Shown here: in pieces, positions 40,870-49,823 of the stretch
Layout of the letters: each line of letters starts with the position of its first letter
Numbering within the stretch: position 1 is the stretch's first letter
Virus record (IMG/VR): IMGVR_UViG_3300033463_000070
Location: 1 to 64,000 of that record
Origin: a virus
Lineage: Duplodnaviria > Caudoviricetes
DNA: 64,000 nt
Direction: 5' to 3' (one strand)
The notes under the pieces: model-generated
The model's input: only the letters and a program-made list of their open reading frames with translations
What the model was told of the DNA's origin: nothing
Database searches by the model: none
Translations under genes and position numbers: made by a program

Positions 40870-41190
40870 TTATGGGAATTTATATACATCGACTTCTACA
40901 TTTTTGTATCCGTCTTTTTTTAAATCAGCTTTTATTTCATCAATTAATTGCTGGATTTTTTGTTGCTCCGAACTCATTTTTGATTTTTTTATTGTTTTCT
41001 TTTTTTCTTGTTCTTCTGCATCTTTAATTAATTTATTCAAAGCTTCTTCCTTTTTACTTTTATGCTGCAATATCCTTTTGATATAAGCAATTTCATTCTC
41101 AATATGAGATAACCTTTCAATTAAATAATCTTCAGGTTTATCATCACTATACCAATCAATACATTTTCCATCTGTGCAATTGCAATTCAT
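40870..41190 (-). CDS. Hypothetical protein
   Basis: ORF track; tightly packed with neighbours. Confidence 0.5.
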   Translation of the reverse strand: MNCNCTDGKCIDWYSDDKPEDYLIERLSHIENEIAYIKRILQHKSKKEEALNKLIKDAEEQEKKKTIKKSKMSSEQQKIQQLIDEIKADLKKDGYKNVEVDVYKFP

Positions 41191-41192
41191 AT

Positions 41193-41423
41193 TTATTCAC
41201 CAAAATTTTTAAATAATTTTTCATGTTGATTAATGTAATCAACACAATATCTTATATCTTTTATCTTTTCATCATTATCTTCTTCGTTATTTAATACACC
41301 TTGAGCGAAACTAAAAAAGATAGATGTCGCAAGCTTTTGTGAATCAAGTAATTTCAAATTATCTTCCTTAACTAATTCTTTTGTTACTTCTATAAGTATT
41401 GATTCTATTGTTTGTTCATCCAT
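41193..41423 (-). CDS. Hypothetical protein
   Basis: ORF track; SD GTGAGG. Confidence 0.55.
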   Translation of the reverse strand: MDEQTIESILIEVTKELVKEDNLKLLDSQKLATSIFFSFAQGVLNNEEDNDEKIKDIRYCVDYINQHEKLFKNFGE

Positions 41424-41478
41424 ATTTTATCCTCACGTGTATATATTTTTTATTTACAAAAATTTTTTTAAAAAAAAA

Positions 41479-42018
41479 TTAATAATTTTTTACTCTAACT
41501 TGAAAATAAGATTGTGGATGGTCACAAACGGGACATACTTTAGGAGCTTCTTCTCCTTCATATATGTGTCCACAATTTAAGCATTGCCATTTTACTTCCT
41601 CATCACGTGCAAAAACTACATCATATTTTATATTATTTAATAATGTTTGATATCTTTTTTCATGTGCTTTTTCGATTTTAGCTACTTCTGCAAACAAGAA
41701 AGCAATATGTTCAAACCCTTCTTCTTCTGCTTCTTTTGCAAAATTTTTATACATTTCAACCCATTCATAATGTTCTCCAGCGATACCATCTTTTAAATTT
41801 TCAACTGTGTCTGGCATACCATCATGTAGGAGTTTAAACCAAATTTTTGCATGTTCTTTTTCATTATTAGCTGTTTCTGTAAAGAAATTAGCTATTTGTA
41901 CATATCCATCTTTTTTGGCTTGGCTAGCATAATAATCATATTTAGTTCTTGCCTGCGTCTCACCAGCAAATGCAGTTAATAAATTTGCTTCAGTTTTTGT
42001 TCCTTTTAAATCTTTCAT
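41479..42018 (-). CDS. rbr: Rubrerythrin
   Basis: [21 protein letters not shown]; di-iron ligands NEKEH, GEHYE, EKAH; rubredoxin knuckles CLNCGH and CPVCDHP. Confidence 0.95.
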   Translation of the reverse strand: MKDLKGTKTEANLLTAFAGETQARTKYDYYASQAKKDGYVQIANFFTETANNEKEHAKIWFKLLHDGMPDTVENLKDGIAGEHYEWVEMYKNFAKEAEEEGFEHIAFLFAEVAKIEKAHEKRYQTLLNNIKYDVVFARDEEVKWQCLNCGHIYEGEEAPKVCPVCDHPQSYFQVRVKNY

Positions 42019-42030
42019 ATTGAATACCTC

Positions 42031-42081
42031 GATTTTTTTTTAAAAAAAAATCCCAATCTATGATTAAATAGATTGGGATTT
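42031..42081 (-). terminator. 13-bp-stem hairpin followed on the - strand by a T9 tract; T9A9 palindrome
   Basis: aaatcccaatcta (42048-42060) pairs with tagattgggattt (42069-42081); gaT9A9tc palindrome at 42031-42052. Confidence 0.55.
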
Positions 42082-42143
42082 AGAGGTGAGTTATATGGTT
42101 TATAAAATATTTGAAAACCTAATAGTATATATGACAGTCATCA

Positions 42144-42158
42144 TATATAAAGTTTTCG
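42144..42158 (-). promoter_or_regulatory. Archaeal BRE-TATA promoter CGAAA-AC-TTTATATA upstream of rubrerythrin, overlapped by inverted repeat TATATATGA-N6-TCATATATA
   Basis: Consensus match; the inverted-repeat arms are at 42126-42134 and 42141-42149. Confidence 0.7.
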
Positions 42159-42161
42159 GTT

Positions 42162-42389
42162 TTAATTTTTTACTTTATAAAGTGATGCTCCATAAACACC
42201 ACCACTCATAAATAAAAACCACAACATAAATGCCCACCATTTACCTCCAACTATACCAAGTATCTCTGCAAAAGTCATTCCTGTTATCACTGTACATATA
42301 AATGGTAGTAAAATTAAAAAAATACCAACTAAAAATAATGTTAATATTCCACCTGCTTTTAATATTGTTAAAAAATCGTTATCTATCAT
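42162..42389 (-). CDS. Small membrane protein (about 2 transmembrane helices)
   Basis: Hydrophobic segments GGILTLFLVGIFLILLPFICTVI and WWAFMLWFLFMSGG; SD GGAGG. Confidence 0.65.
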   Translation of the reverse strand: MIDNDFLTILKAGGILTLFLVGIFLILLPFICTVITGMTFAEILGIVGGKWWAFMLWFLFMSGGVYGASLYKVKN

Positions 42390-42400
42390 AATTAAACCTC

Positions 42401-42688
42401 CTATCCAAACATTGCTGTTTCTTCTTCTTCTATTTCTCCCAACTTATTTAAATCTTCCATATCCATTGGAGTAATATCAATTATATATTTTTTATTAATA
42501 AATGCAACACGCTCGGCATTCTCTTCGTCTGGAAGCAAGTAAGTAATAACAAGTATATCATCTGTTTCATTTTGAATGAAACTCCATTGATATACTCCGT
42601 CAGCTAACGCTACGGCTAAACATATACTTGATACTTCAAGTTGAGGTATACCGAGTGTTTTTGCTATCATTTGTGTATAATTTGCCAT
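42401..42688 (-). CDS. Hypothetical protein
   Basis: ORF track; likely start MANYTQ at 42688. Confidence 0.5.
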   Translation of the reverse strand: MANYTQMIAKTLGIPQLEVSSICLAVALADGVYQWSFIQNETDDILVITYLLPDEENAERVAFINKKYIIDITPMDMEDLNKLGEIEEEETAMFG

Positions 42689-42693
42689 AATAA

Positions 42694-44697
42694 TCAATTA
42701 AAAGAATGTCTATATCTATCTTTAAATTCCTGCTTTTTACCAGCGTTATAACCTAAAATAGGGATGTAATAGCCCGTAATTCTGTCGTACTGTCTTATAT
42801 TTTGAGAACCACATATATAACACTCGCTCATGGCGTCATTTAGTGTAAAATTACAATCCTCGCAATAAGAAAAAATTCTAGAGAAAGCCCAGAATAAAGT
42901 ATTTGTTTGGGAAATTTTTTGATTAAGTCTCCAAATTGCTTCGGGGTCAGGATAACTTTCAGACATCCAAATATGTAATATATTACCAGCACCAGTGTAC
43001 TTATGATACTTATCGGCATTTTTAATATGTTCTACGATATTAGCATCAGATAATACTGGAATGTGAGTACTGTTAGTAAGATATAAATTGCCATTTTTAC
43101 CTTGCACTACTGTGTTAGGATATTTTTCTTTATTTATCATGGCAAAACGATGAGCTGTGCTTTCAGCTGGTGAACCAATTACTGACCATCTCCAGCCGTC
43201 TTTTTTATTATATTCTACCTTTTTATTATTCAAAAATTGAACAATAGGTTCGCCAGAATCATATCCCAATATCTTACATGCCTCATACAAACCACAAAAT
43301 CCTAAAGTATATGTACATCTATCTAAATCATACAAAGGTTTTCCAGTTTCTTTGTCTTTCCATAGCAAGAAGTCACTCATGTGATAACTAAATAATATTT
43401 TTTCTGCTTCTTTGCGTCTAAATTTCAATGTTTCATACACAATATCGCAATACTCTTCTAATACATCAAAATATGCTCGTCCTTCATCAATAGCTTTATG
43501 AGCAATCAAAGGCAAATTTAATGTACTATACATAAAATTACCAGTATTAAGACAATCCTTAGCATAATCACCACTATAATTCATAGGTAATCGTGTCCTA
43601 CACCCCATTACTGTTGCCTCTTCATCCATACAATTCACAAAATAAATTGTAGGATTAACAGCACTTAATTCATGAAGCAATTTACAATTACCTTCATATT
43701 TATCGAGGTCTCCCTTACGAATATTAAAAAGTGTATTAGGAAATCGATGATATGCACCTTGTCCATCCTTTTCTTGTAAAACTTCACATACTGCTCTAAA
43801 TATAAGGTCGGCTTCTTCTTGATAATCTCCATAAACTCCATTAGATACTCCTTGCGGTCCTATTGCTGGTTCATTCTTCAGTACATCTGGTATATTTAAA
43901 TCCATACCTATAGAACTAAAAAGAATTTGTCCGCCACGACATACGAGCCCCATATTACAATTAAATATAAAAGATTGTATTGATTGCTTAATATCTTTGT
44001 ATACCATTCCCTTTGCATAAGGAGCTAAAAATACATTAAAATTAGCAAGACCCTGTCCTCCACTAAATACTACTGCTCCTGCCATCATTGCATGTTGTAA
44101 ATGATTAAGTAATACCTCAAGAGTTTTGGCAGGTTTAGCTACACTGCCCATTTTACCTTGACCATCAATTTTTAATCCATTCTTTGCAAAAAATCTTATA
44201 TCATAATTCATACAATTAGGACGAGTATTAAAAAACTCAAGGTCATGATGATGTACATACCCATCAATATGAGCTTGAGCACAATCATTTGGCATAGTAA
44301 GCAAAGCATATTCTTTTGCTATAGCATCATAAGCATATTTAGCTATCATCTCTGGTGAATATCCAATATTAGCATTATCTTTACAGCCATTTTTAAGTAA
44401 ATCCTCAAACTCTGCCACAGACATTCCTAATTTACGAGATTGTTCTTCTGCTTCAAATTCTCTTTCTCGTAATAACCAAGAAGATACTTCGGCACGAATA
44501 GCAGCAGTTGATATTTCTTCCATACCATCTTTTCTTAATTTATATATTTTATTTGCTATTCTTCTTTGAATTTTGTCTGCAAGTTCTTCATTAATTTTTG
44601 TTTCTTTTTGTATTGTCTGGGAAATTATTCTAGGTTTGAATGGTTCGGTTTTTCCATCTGAATGAATAACAATTATCTTTTCTGGCACATATATCAC
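42694..44697 (-). CDS. nrdD: Anaerobic (class III) ribonucleoside-triphosphate reductase with ATP-cone
   Basis: ATP-cone (IHSDGKTEPF..RII.TIQKE), HHHDL, RPNC, GGQG, MGCR, CxxC...CxxC and glycyl-radical motif RITGYY. Confidence 0.95.
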   Translation of the reverse strand: MIYVPEKIIVIHSDGKTEPFKPRIISQTIQKETKINEELADKIQRRIANKIYKLRKDGMEEISTAAIRAEVSSWLLREREFEAEEQSRKLGMSVAEFEDLLKNGCKDNANIGYSPEMIAKYAYDAIAKEYALLTMPNDCAQAHIDGYVHHHDLEFFNTRPNCMNYDIRFFAKNGLKIDGQGKMGSVAKPAKTLEVLLNHLQHAMMAGAVVFSGGQGLANFNVFLAPYAKGMVYKDIKQSIQSFIFNCNMGLVCRGGQILFSSIGMDLNIPDVLKNEPAIGPQGVSNGVYGDYQEEADLIFRAVCEVLQEKDGQGAYHRFPNTLFNIRKGDLDKYEGNCKLLHELSAVNPTIYFVNCMDEEATVMGCRTRLPMNYSGDYAKDCLNTGNFMYSTLNLPLIAHKAIDEGRAYFDVLEEYCDIVYETLKFRRKEAEKILFSYHMSDFLLWKDKETGKPLYDLDRCTYTLGFCGLYEACKILGYDSGEPIVQFLNNKKVEYNKKDGWRWSVIGSPAESTAHRFAMINKEKYPNTVVQGKNGNLYLTNSTHIPVLSDANIVEHIKNADKYHKYTGAGNILHIWMSESYPDPEAIWRLNQKISQTNTLFWAFSRIFSYCEDCNFTLNDAMSECYICGSQNIRQYDRITGYYIPILGYNAGKKQEFKDRYRHSFN

Positions 44698-44732
44698 CTA
44701 TTTTTTTATACCTATATGTATAATTTCTATTA

Positions 44733-44740
44733 TATATAAA
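44733..44740 (-). promoter_or_regulatory. TATA box TTTATATA upstream of nrdD
   Basis: In the 44-bp gap, 36 nt upstream of the ATG; SD AGGTGA follows. Confidence 0.5.
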
Positions 44741-44741
44741 T

Positions 44742-45404
44742 TTATTGATTATTTTTTGTACATAATTCAGTAAACATTTTGTCTAATTCATTCATATCTT
44801 TTTCAGAAATTTTTGAAAATCTTAAAGTTGATAATTTTGATTCAATGTTATCTAAATAAACTTTTAATTTTATCATATAATTTTTATCATCTTCATTTAA
44901 AATAAATGGTTCATCAATTATTTTACACATTGTATCAAATACTTCAATCTCCTGAAGTAAAGATTTAATATTTGCAATACTAACATTATCATTATGTACT
45001 TGTGATATTTTTCTTTTTATCATTGCAATAAATGATATCATTGGTGGGTGTTCTTGTGCGAAAAACAATATATCATTAAAATCTTTATCCATTATAACTG
45101 CATCTGTCAAAAATTTATAATATGATGGTGACCCAAAATAATATGCAAAACCTAATAAAGCTCCTAATTCAATAAACATAAATTCATGTCCATCTATGTT
45201 TTTTGATATGTCTGAGTCAGGTCTTGTTAAAAAAGTTAAGTAATTATGCAAGGAATGAATAAATATCCCGCATACATTACCATCTTTTTCGTAGATACTA
45301 AGTATTCTAATATTGTTTTGTTCTTCAAGTGTTTGTTTTGCTATTTGTAATATTTCATCATCAATTGGTCTATTCGGATTCTTGATAATCTCCGTCATAC
45401 TCAT
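44742..45404 (-). CDS. Degenerate YcgL/NrdC.11-like nucleotidyltransferase homologue lacking the catalytic loop
   Basis: LEEQNNIRILSIYE-KDG-NVCGIFIHSLHNYL...ELGALL...GSP follows the family pattern, but the GS...DSDYD segment is missing. Start uncertain (45398, 45404 or 45416). Confidence 0.4.
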   Translation of the reverse strand: MSMTEIIKNPNRPIDDEILQIAKQTLEEQNNIRILSIYEKDGNVCGIFIHSLHNYLTFLTRPDSDISKNIDGHEFMFIELGALLGFAYYFGSPSYYKFLTDAVIMDKDFNDILFFAQEHPPMISFIAMIKRKISQVHNDNVSIANIKSLLQEIEVFDTMCKIIDEPFILNEDDKNYMIKLKVYLDNIESKLSTLRFSKISEKDMNELDKMFTELCTKNNQ

Positions 45405-45876
45405 TAACAGCACCATCCACTCTAATGTCTACTAACTGTGCGAATCGTTCTCCTTTTGTTATTACAAAATCTACTGGAAGATAGTTCATAATTAAGAAAG
45501 AAAGCGAACCGAAATAGCCATTATCACCAACTGCAGTCATTACATGCGTTCCGCAACGCAATAAAGTTGAACGAGGTCTATAAAATTGTAAAGAATCTTT
45601 GTCTATTTTTATTTTATTTTGTACAGTAGCAATGTAGGGAACATTAGGTCGCAGACTGTAAACATTTTTTATCTGCCCATTAACCGATAATGCGTTCATT
45701 ACTAATTCACTTCTATCTGGAATAACTTTTAATCCATCTATAATTCCATAAAATTTATTATTTCCTACATCAAATTCTTCTATTTTTCCTAAACGCAAAT
45801 CAAGTCCACCGGGCTGAAAACACTCGTCATCAAATTCTAGATATCTTTTTCTTAATATTTTTTCGCCATTAATCAT
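45370..45876 (-). CDS. dut: Trimeric dUTPase, archaeal dCTP-deaminase-like type
   Basis: QPGGLDLRL, PRSTLLR, VGDNGYFG, GERFAQL and C-terminal YDGDYQ; the deaminase Glu after the G-x-x-x-L motif is absent. Confidence 0.8.
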   Translation of the reverse strand: MINGEKILRKRYLEFDDECFQPGGLDLRLGKIEEFDVGNNKFYGIIDGLKVIPDRSELVMNALSVNGQIKNVYSLRPNVPYIATVQNKIKIDKDSLQFYRPRSTLLRCGTHVMTAVGDNGYFGSLSFLIMNYLPVDFVITKGERFAQLVDIRVDGAVNEYDGDYQESE

Positions 45877-46532
45877 TCTTCTTCCTCCGCTACTTTTTTA
45901 AATTCTTTATAAATTTCTTTCGCAAATACAACAGCTGTTCTTTTTAAAGCTAATAAATGCAAATGCTTTCTATTACTTTTTGGATGTTTGTATTGATATT
46001 TACTTTTATAATCTTCATATAATTGACTGTAACGATAATCATCACGTATCAATTTAACAGTACAACGCATAATAGTTTTATTTAATCCTTCACAAAAATC
46101 AATAGGGTCTGTTTTTTTATTGGCTACTTTCTTTCCATTAATATTTCTTTTAACTTTATAATATTTATTACTACTATTTCTTATAACAGGAGCAAGACCC
46201 GCATATGATATGAAATGCTTACGATTTTTAAATCTTTTAATATCTCCTATTTCGACTATTAATTCTGCCGCATCGTATAAATTTATTGATGGAATTTCTT
46301 TCAAAAATCCCATATATTCATTTGAAAAGTATAATATATTTTGTATTTCATCTCGTAATTTTTGCAATGGTTCATCAAATGGTTTAATACTTATATCTTC
46401 AAGTCTTTTTGACCTTGATTCATTTATATTTCCAAGCATTTTTAATCGATGTTTATTACTTCTGGATGCTTGAAAAACAGTTTTATTTGTATTAAATAAT
46501 ATAGTTAAAACTTTTCTTTCGTTTGTATCCAT
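45873..46532 (-). CDS. IS110-Tnp/Nop-domain protein without a RuvC domain (TasA-like)
   Basis: Coiled coil, then FLKEIPSINLYDAAELIVEIGDIKRFKNRKHFISYAGLAP, then YSQLYEDYKSKY..HP...KHLHLLALKRTAVVF; no DEDD RuvC region. Confidence 0.65.
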   Translation of the reverse strand: MDTNERKVLTILFNTNKTVFQASRSNKHRLKMLGNINESRSKRLEDISIKPFDEPLQKLRDEIQNILYFSNEYMGFLKEIPSINLYDAAELIVEIGDIKRFKNRKHFISYAGLAPVIRNSSNKYYKVKRNINGKKVANKKTDPIDFCEGLNKTIMRCTVKLIRDDYRYSQLYEDYKSKYQYKHPKSNRKHLHLLALKRTAVVFAKEIYKEFKKVAEEEE

Positions 46533-46534
46533 AA

Positions 46535-47149
46535 CTATAACCTCAATATATTTTTCTTTGCTTTCTTGCTTAATCGAGGAACTTCATCAAGTTCTTCTTC
46601 AGTTGCATTTAACACAGCACTTGGTGTTCCAAAATGTTTAAGCAATTTTTTAGCTGTTTGTTTTCCCACTCCATCTATACCAATTAATACATTTTCAAAT
46701 GCATTAGATGTTTTGGGTCTAACATTAGGAACTTCAATAGGTTTATCTGCTTTTTCTACTGCATTAATAATAGCAAGAATACATTCAACAAAATGAACAA
46801 AATTTTCAACCCAAAATACTGGAACATGATATCGAATTGTTAATGATGCGATATTTGCATATCGTTGAGTTAATGTTTGTTTGGAATATTTAGAATTTAA
46901 TTTACCATCATTATAACATATTATATATGAATACGGATATTTTTGTTTCATTTTAATTGCTTCTTCTTGTATTCTACGATTGGTGCACGAAGATATAAAA
47001 TCTTGTCTCGTTTTTACTTCAATAGCAATTTTATTATTAATAATAATATCTCCAGTTTCTAATCGCTCAACAGTTACATCAAAATATTGTTCTAACCGTT
47101 TAATTCGACGTGGGTCTTCTCTATCATCAACAGTGATTTTTATCATCAT
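46535..47149 (-). CDS. ERCC4/XPF-Mus81 family structure-specific nuclease with HhH motifs
   Basis: VDDRE, LETGD, IEVKTRQDF and HhH GIDGVGKQTAKKLLKHFG; SD GGAGG. Confidence 0.9.
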   Translation of the reverse strand: MMIKITVDDREDPRRIKRLEQYFDVTVERLETGDIIINNKIAIEVKTRQDFISSCTNRRIQEEAIKMKQKYPYSYIICYNDGKLNSKYSKQTLTQRYANIASLTIRYHVPVFWVENFVHFVECILAIINAVEKADKPIEVPNVRPKTSNAFENVLIGIDGVGKQTAKKLLKHFGTPSAVLNATEEELDEVPRLSKKAKKNILRL

Positions 47150-47158
47150 ATTTTCCTC

Positions 47159-48097
47159 CTATATATATAAATTTTGACCTTTACATTCGTTTGAACAACA
47201 TATACCATTTGCTTTTTGAGTAGGACAGGAAGAAAATAATATATCATCTCTTGAAAAAAGATACTCTAATTGTCCTTCTTCTTCTATACAATGATAGAAT
47301 TTGTTTGATGATAATGATTGTTCTAATATATGTTCTACTTCTTCCTCAGAATAACCATCATCACGTAAATAACATATTAATTCACGACGTTCATGGTATC
47401 CTAAATCAGGAGTAGATAATAAACATTTTACACAAGGAGGAAATTCGGTACTAAAATCAATTTTTCCTATCGTTTCTGCTTTTAATGGTGATATGATTTG
47501 CTTTGTTTCGTCAAAAGGTTGTAGTGATAATCTTGTTTTTCCATGTATATAGTCACAATTATTGTTATTCTTTTTTGCCAATTTACATATATCATTATAT
47601 GATAGTTCAAATAACTGTTCATATGTAATTGGAATACAATACAAACCAGTTTTTAAATTCTTAGTACCTATTATCCTTGATACCCTTCGTAGGTCACCTA
47701 TAACAGCTGGGTCTGACGTAGATTGTGTTCTCTGATGTAAATCTTTGACAAATTTTTTAATTGCTAATTTAGGTTGCTGCAAACTTTCCTCCGGTTTAGT
47801 CATTATAAAAATATGAAAGCCTCGACCACTAAACCGAATAAAGAACAAATAATCCTTGTTATTTAAGTACTCTGCCACCCTGCGTACATCTTCATAGAAC
47901 TTCAAATCTTTATCGTAATCAAAATCCAAAAATACTCTATCTACATAAGCATTTTGAGCATTAGGAATATCTTTATAATCATACACAGATACATACATAT
48001 TTTTTTTACCATTATATATCTGAATAAATTTATTAATCTCTTCTTTGTCTTGAACTGTTATTCTTATTTTTGGGATAAATAATTCTTTAACTAACAT
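47159..48097 (-). CDS. Archaeo-eukaryotic primase: PriS catalytic domain fused to a PriL-like Fe-S C-terminal domain
   Basis: FLDFD (motif I), FSGRGFH (II), DPAVIGD..RVSRIIGT (III); then FPPC...HERR...SC-x8-CC-x3-C. Confidence 0.85.
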   Translation of the reverse strand: MLVKELFIPKIRITVQDKEEINKFIQIYNGKKNMYVSVYDYKDIPNAQNAYVDRVFLDFDYDKDLKFYEDVRRVAEYLNNKDYLFFIRFSGRGFHIFIMTKPEESLQQPKLAIKKFVKDLHQRTQSTSDPAVIGDLRRVSRIIGTKNLKTGLYCIPITYEQLFELSYNDICKLAKKNNNNCDYIHGKTRLSLQPFDETKQIISPLKAETIGKIDFSTEFPPCVKCLLSTPDLGYHERRELICYLRDDGYSEEEVEHILEQSLSSNKFYHCIEEEGQLEYLFSRDDILFSSCPTQKANGICCSNECKGQNLYI

Positions 48098-48494
48098 CTT
48101 CATCAATCTCCAACAAATCTATATTATGTTGGAATTCAGCATCTAACACCATTTCAGCTAATTTAACTGCAAATTGACAACCCGGGTCCATTGATAAACC
48201 CGAATCTGTATCAATTTCGTAATACGGCCATTCTAAACATGCATCAAATCGTGTAGCATATTCATCACATGTTTTTCCGTTAAAATATTTACAATTTATT
48301 GTTTTACAACATTCTCCACATTGCTTACAAAACTCTGGATAGTCTTGTACCATTTCAAAAGTAAAATAATTTTCTGAAGCACGCATTAATACTGTATCAA
48401 TTATATCAGCAATTAAATCATCTTCCAATTGAGGATATTTCATTGTGTATTTGTCTATCATTTTTTTTATAAATTTTAAATGATTAATTGGCAT
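48087..48494 (-). CDS. YkgJ-family (CxxCxxCC) metal-cluster protein
   Basis: FCKQCGECC...C...C..Y.TRFDACLEWP; TAATG coupling with the upstream gene. Confidence 0.8.
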   Translation of the reverse strand: MPINHLKFIKKMIDKYTMKYPQLEDDLIADIIDTVLMRASENYFTFEMVQDYPEFCKQCGECCKTINCKYFNGKTCDEYATRFDACLEWPYYEIDTDSGLSMDPGCQFAVKLAEMVLDAEFQHNIDLLEIDEDVS

Positions 48495-49210
48495 TAGATA
48501 CCCCCCATATCCTTACACATTTCTTGATACCCGCAGTAACTGCAAAGATACTGATGTTCAGGATATAAATTATTTTCTTCAACTTCTTTTCTTATAAAAT
48601 CAAGCAAATTAATAGCCGCCTGTTCATCTTTTTTTGTAACAAAAGAACCTTTTTCTTGTTCTTCACAAAAATTAGTAAACTTCATTCCACCATCTTTAGT
48701 AAAAACTATGCCTGCTGATATAACATTTTTATCTGGATATTTGTAATTAATAAGCATTTTGTAATAAGTCAACTCAAGAAGATATTTTTTAATTGGATTT
48801 GTTTTACTTGTTTTGTAATCAATGATAATTAAGTCACCATCTTCATTTTCTAATACTAAATCAGCTAACCCACTAAAATTATGTTCTGTATCATGAATAT
48901 ATTCTTCACTACTAAACACATGATAAATCTCATTTTTATCAAGAAAAGCTTCTTCAAAAAAATGTGCAAGATGATATAAATGTGTTTTTAAATCAAATTC
49001 TGTATCCATTGATGTATATATATTTAATAATTGTTGGTAAAAATCATCATCCATATTAAATTCTTGAACAAACCTTTCAGCAATTTCATGAACTTCTGTC
49101 CCACGTCGCATATACTCATTCGGTTCTTGCTTTATTTTATCGATATAACTTAACATAAATTCACGTCTGCATTTAAGAAAGGAATTAACTGCGGATTTTG
49201 AAAGCTTCAT
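48494..49210 (-). CDS. PD-(D/E)xK RecB/Cas4-like exonuclease
   Basis: LSKSAVNSFLKC, RGTEVH, GLAD, IIDYKT, C-terminal CSYCGYQEMC. Confidence 0.85.
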   Translation of the reverse strand: MKLSKSAVNSFLKCRREFMLSYIDKIKQEPNEYMRRGTEVHEIAERFVQEFNMDDDFYQQLLNIYTSMDTEFDLKTHLYHLAHFFEEAFLDKNEIYHVFSSEEYIHDTEHNFSGLADLVLENEDGDLIIIDYKTSKTNPIKKYLLELTYYKMLINYKYPDKNVISAGIVFTKDGGMKFTNFCEEQEKGSFVTKKDEQAAINLLDFIRKEVEENNLYPEHQYLCSYCGYQEMCKDMGGI

Positions 49211-49211
49211 T

Positions 49212-49823
49212 TTATTCATCTCCTTTCCAGTGAGCATCTAGTCCAACATAATGAAATCTTCCCGGTTTGATTCCTAATTTGTCTGCTACATATAATTGTA
49301 CTGTCATAAGAGCATACATATTTGATGGAAATGCATATCTTATATCATTTGACCTAAATATAACTGTCATTTCTAGTTGTCTTTGATATATAGAACATTT
49401 TATCATAATTAAGCAAGGAATATCTTCAAGATATGTATCTGTCTGTGGGTCATATGTTATTGCGATAGCTCTACGAGTATTTTCATCTTCTTTAAGTCTA
49501 TCAATCATAACTTGATATTGGTCTACATCAAAATATTCTATTAGTCTATTCCCATATGTATATACAAAATCATGTATATTTCCATCTAATAATTGGTCAG
49601 CATATTTTTGTAAACCCTCATTATTAAAAAAGGTATTTTTTGGTACTTTGACCGCTTTTGCATATCCAAAATCATTAATATGGTCTTCAAAATGTAATGC
49701 TACAAAAGGAATTTGATAAACAATATCTCCTCTTTGGTCAATTACTTTCTTACCTTGTGTCGTTATTATGTAATATAAATAATTAAATGCATCATCTATA
49801 TTATCATAAACTTTATTACTCAA
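49212..49823 (-). CDS. thyA: Thymidylate synthase, archaeal-type ThyA
   Basis: YTYGNRL, TRRA, catalytic IPCL, FRSND and FPSN. Confidence 0.88.
   Translation of the reverse strand: MSNKVYDNIDDAFNYLYYIITTQGKKVIDQRGDIVYQIPFVALHFEDHINDFGYAKAVKVPKNTFFNNEGLQKYADQLLDGNIHDFVYTYGNRLIEYFDVDQYQVMIDRLKEDENTRRAIAITYDPQTDTYLEDIPCLIMIKCSIYQRQLEMTVIFRSNDIRYAFPSNMYALMTVQLYVADKLGIKPGRFHYVGLDAHWKGDE

Noticed and set aside
42095-42211. + strand 38-aa ORF with strong SD GAGGTGAG
   Set aside because: It runs through the rubrerythrin promoter and overlaps the opposite-strand gene by 50 nt; kept only as an alternative reading of the leader finding.
45873-46532. Active IS110 insertion sequence
   Set aside because: No RuvC (DEDD) domain, no non-coding ends, and the gene is translationally coupled on both sides.
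48494-49210. Cas4-like gene as part of a CRISPR-Cas locus
   Set aside because: No cas1/cas2 or array; solo Cas4/RecB-like nucleases are common in viral recombination modules.
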